Below, in pieces: positions 62,320 to 64,000 of a stretch of 64,000 bases of DNA (within the stretch, counting starts at the first letter, position 1; each line of letters opens with the position of its first letter). Both the position numbers and the translations under genes were made by a program. The stretch is from Gemmatimonadota bacterium (GTDB lineage: Bacteria > JBHIER01 > G020348925), in contig CP070758.1 in assembly GCA_020348925.1 (NCBI GenBank), forward strand, positions 886,469 to 950,468. Direction: 5' to 3'. The notes under the pieces were generated by a model. The model did not search any database, was not told the DNA's origin, and saw only the letters and a program-made list of their open reading frames with translations.

Positions 62320-63636
62320 ATGAGAGTAGTCTTAGTTTCACCACAATCGGAGAAGCCCTTTACCATCAGTTATAAAGTACGAAAAAGTAAATTGAGTCCA
62401 CCCACGGGCATACTGTATCTGGCCTCGGCTATTCAGGACAACTTTGAGACGGCAGTAATTGACAGTCAATTTTACGACGTATCCTCGGAAAAAATAGCCG
62501 AGCGGATACTTTCGTTATATCCCGATGTGGTAGGACTAAGCGTGAACTATCACTTTTTTTTGAGAAATGCAAAAAAAATTGCCCAAAACGTAAAAAAAAT
62601 TGAACCGAATATTACGATTGTTTTCGGCGGAAGTTTTGCGACCTTCCTGGCCGATGAGCTCATAAAAGAAACGTTCATAGATATCGTTGTTTTAAAAGAG
62701 GGTGAGGTATCGTTTGGCCTGTGTCTGAAACGATTGGAACGCAAGACATCGCTCAGGGACATTCCGGGAATTGTATTTAAAGAGAATAGCCGTACGCACC
62801 GAAATGAATTTTCCTCGTACATCAATAATCTGGACAGTGTTTCTTTTCCGGATTATTCTTTTTTAGAAAATCCTGAACAGTATCTGGCAAAAATCGTGTC
62901 CAGCCGCGGCTGCAATTTCAACTGTATCTACTGCACGACACCGACTATGTGGAAAAAATGGAGGGCCCGGACTCCCTCAAATATCATTGAGGAGATAAAG
63001 GACAAGGTGAGAAGATTCAACATCGATAGTTTTCACTTTGCCGACGATAACTTTTGTGTCGACAAAAAACGCATGTATGAGATTATGCATCGTATTGAAA
63101 AAGAAAATTTAGGAATCCGCCTGGGCTTTTCTTCGAGAATCGAGCTGGTGGATGACGACATGCTCGAACAATGCGCCAAAGCCAACTTCAAGACCATCTT
63201 CTTCGGGGTCGAGAGCGGAAGCGAACGCATACTGAATCATTTGAGAAGGAGATATTCAGTTTCCGATATCGAAAAAACGATTGACAAAGCTATCGAATGC
63301 GGGATCCTCCCATTTGTGTCGTTTATGATAGGGATGCCTTGGGAGACGGCCGATGATATTGAACAAACGTTCCGTCTGATGCAACGCATAAACACACCCG
63401 CCATAGGCCTCCATGTGTTCACACCGTATCCGGGCACAGAGGTGTACAATCATCCTGAAAAATACGGTATAACCGTTGAGGTGCATCATCCCGAGGATAC
63501 GATCGGTGAGACCGTCCTGCATCGCACCAGACACTTGCGTTCGGAGGATCTCAGGAAAATGTGGATCGAGGGATTAGGCATTGCCGCGAAGCGGGAAAGG
63601 GAAGCTAAGGCATATCTTGGACGGTTAGCGTTTTAA
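62320..63636 (+). CDS. Cobalamin-binding (class B) radical SAM enzyme
   Basis: PPTGILYLAS, VFGGSFAT, EGE, SSRGCNFNCIYC, ADDNF, FGVESGS, FMIGMP.ET, TPYPGT. Confidence 0.92.
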   Translation: MRVVLVSPQSEKPFTISYKVRKSKLSPPTGILYLASAIQDNFETAVIDSQFYDVSSEKIAERILSLYPDVVGLSVNYHFFLRNAKKIAQNVKKIEPNITIVFGGSFATFLADELIKETFIDIVVLKEGEVSFGLCLKRLERKTSLRDIPGIVFKENSRTHRNEFSSYINNLDSVSFPDYSFLENPEQYLAKIVSSRGCNFNCIYCTTPTMWKKWRARTPSNIIEEIKDKVRRFNIDSFHFADDNFCVDKKRMYEIMHRIEKENLGIRLGFSSRIELVDDDMLEQCAKANFKTIFFGVESGSERILNHLRRRYSVSDIEKTIDKAIECGILPFVSFMIGMPWETADDIEQTFRLMQRINTPAIGLHVFTPYPGTEVYNHPEKYGITVEVHHPEDTIGETVLHRTRHLRSEDLRKMWIEGLGIAAKREREAKAYLGRLAF

Positions 63637-63648
63637 GACGAGAACATA

Positions 63649-64000
63649 ATGCGTGAGAAATTAATAGCAACGGTTTTCGAAGAGGTCCGAAATCTTGTCC
63701 CGATGAGAACGGACCCTCTCAAAAGCCGTCTGGAAGAAAAAGGACGGATACTCATTGTTTCTCTTCAGGGTCAGGAGAAACGCAGGGAACTGCACTGGCT
63801 GAACCGGACGGCTTCGGAAGTTCTGAACATGTGTGACGGTCGTCGTACCATCGACCAAATTGTTCAGGAAATGTCACAGACATACGCACAGACAAAAAAA
63901 GGAACCGTAACCGAGGATGTCATTTCTGCCGTCAGGGTCATGGAAGAAAAGGGCCTCGTGCGTTTCGAATCTCAATCCATATCGGCAGAGTGCGACATTT
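63649..64000 (+). CDS. PqqD-family / RiPP recognition element protein (runs off the window; absent from the ORF track)
   Basis: Manual translation MREKLIATV...LNRTASEVLNMCDGRRTIDQIVQEMSQTY...VTEDVISAVRVMEEKGLV. Confidence 0.85.
   Translation, partial: MREKLIATVFEEVRNLVPMRTDPLKSRLEEKGRILIVSLQGQEKRRELHWLNRTASEVLNMCDGRRTIDQIVQEMSQTYAQTKKGTVTEDVISAVRVMEEKGLVRFESQSISAECDI

Overview
This is a draft-genome (probably MAG) window made of five contig pieces joined by four 100-N gaps (1808-1907, 35071-35170, 44157-44256, 48845-48944). Neighbourhoods across the gaps are unrelated, and several long ORFs in the supplied track are chimeras. QNYPNPFNP-type C-terminal sorting domains, dockerins and cohesins suggest an FCB-superphylum anaerobe (inference). 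In order, the window holds: secreted DJ-1/beta-propeller and giant LRR-TSP3-dockerin proteins; a sigma54-controlled cluster of two non-lipoylatable GcvH-like proteins, a HybA/HybB-like pair, a heme-motif sensor kinase, an NtrC-type regulator and archaemetzincin; an ECF sigma/anti-sigma operon with three exported HEAT-repeat proteins and two matching ECF promoters; housekeeping genes (polX, topA-xerC-hslVU-argF, ychF fragment); two tandem, apparently exported MEMO-AMMECR1 fusions; a paralogous family of modular secreted proteins sharing an unrecognised Cys/Trp/Pro-rich core, with cohesin-dockerin-cohesin and a sorting domain seen in some members; a GT-C glycosylation cluster; two peptidases; and the start of a RiPP-like cluster (degenerate radical SAM/SPASM, B12 radical SAM, PqqD). 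An orphan sigma54 promoter-terminator unit at about 29.0-29.2 kb looks like an unannotated small RNA. All calls come from motif recognition by eye; no searches were run.
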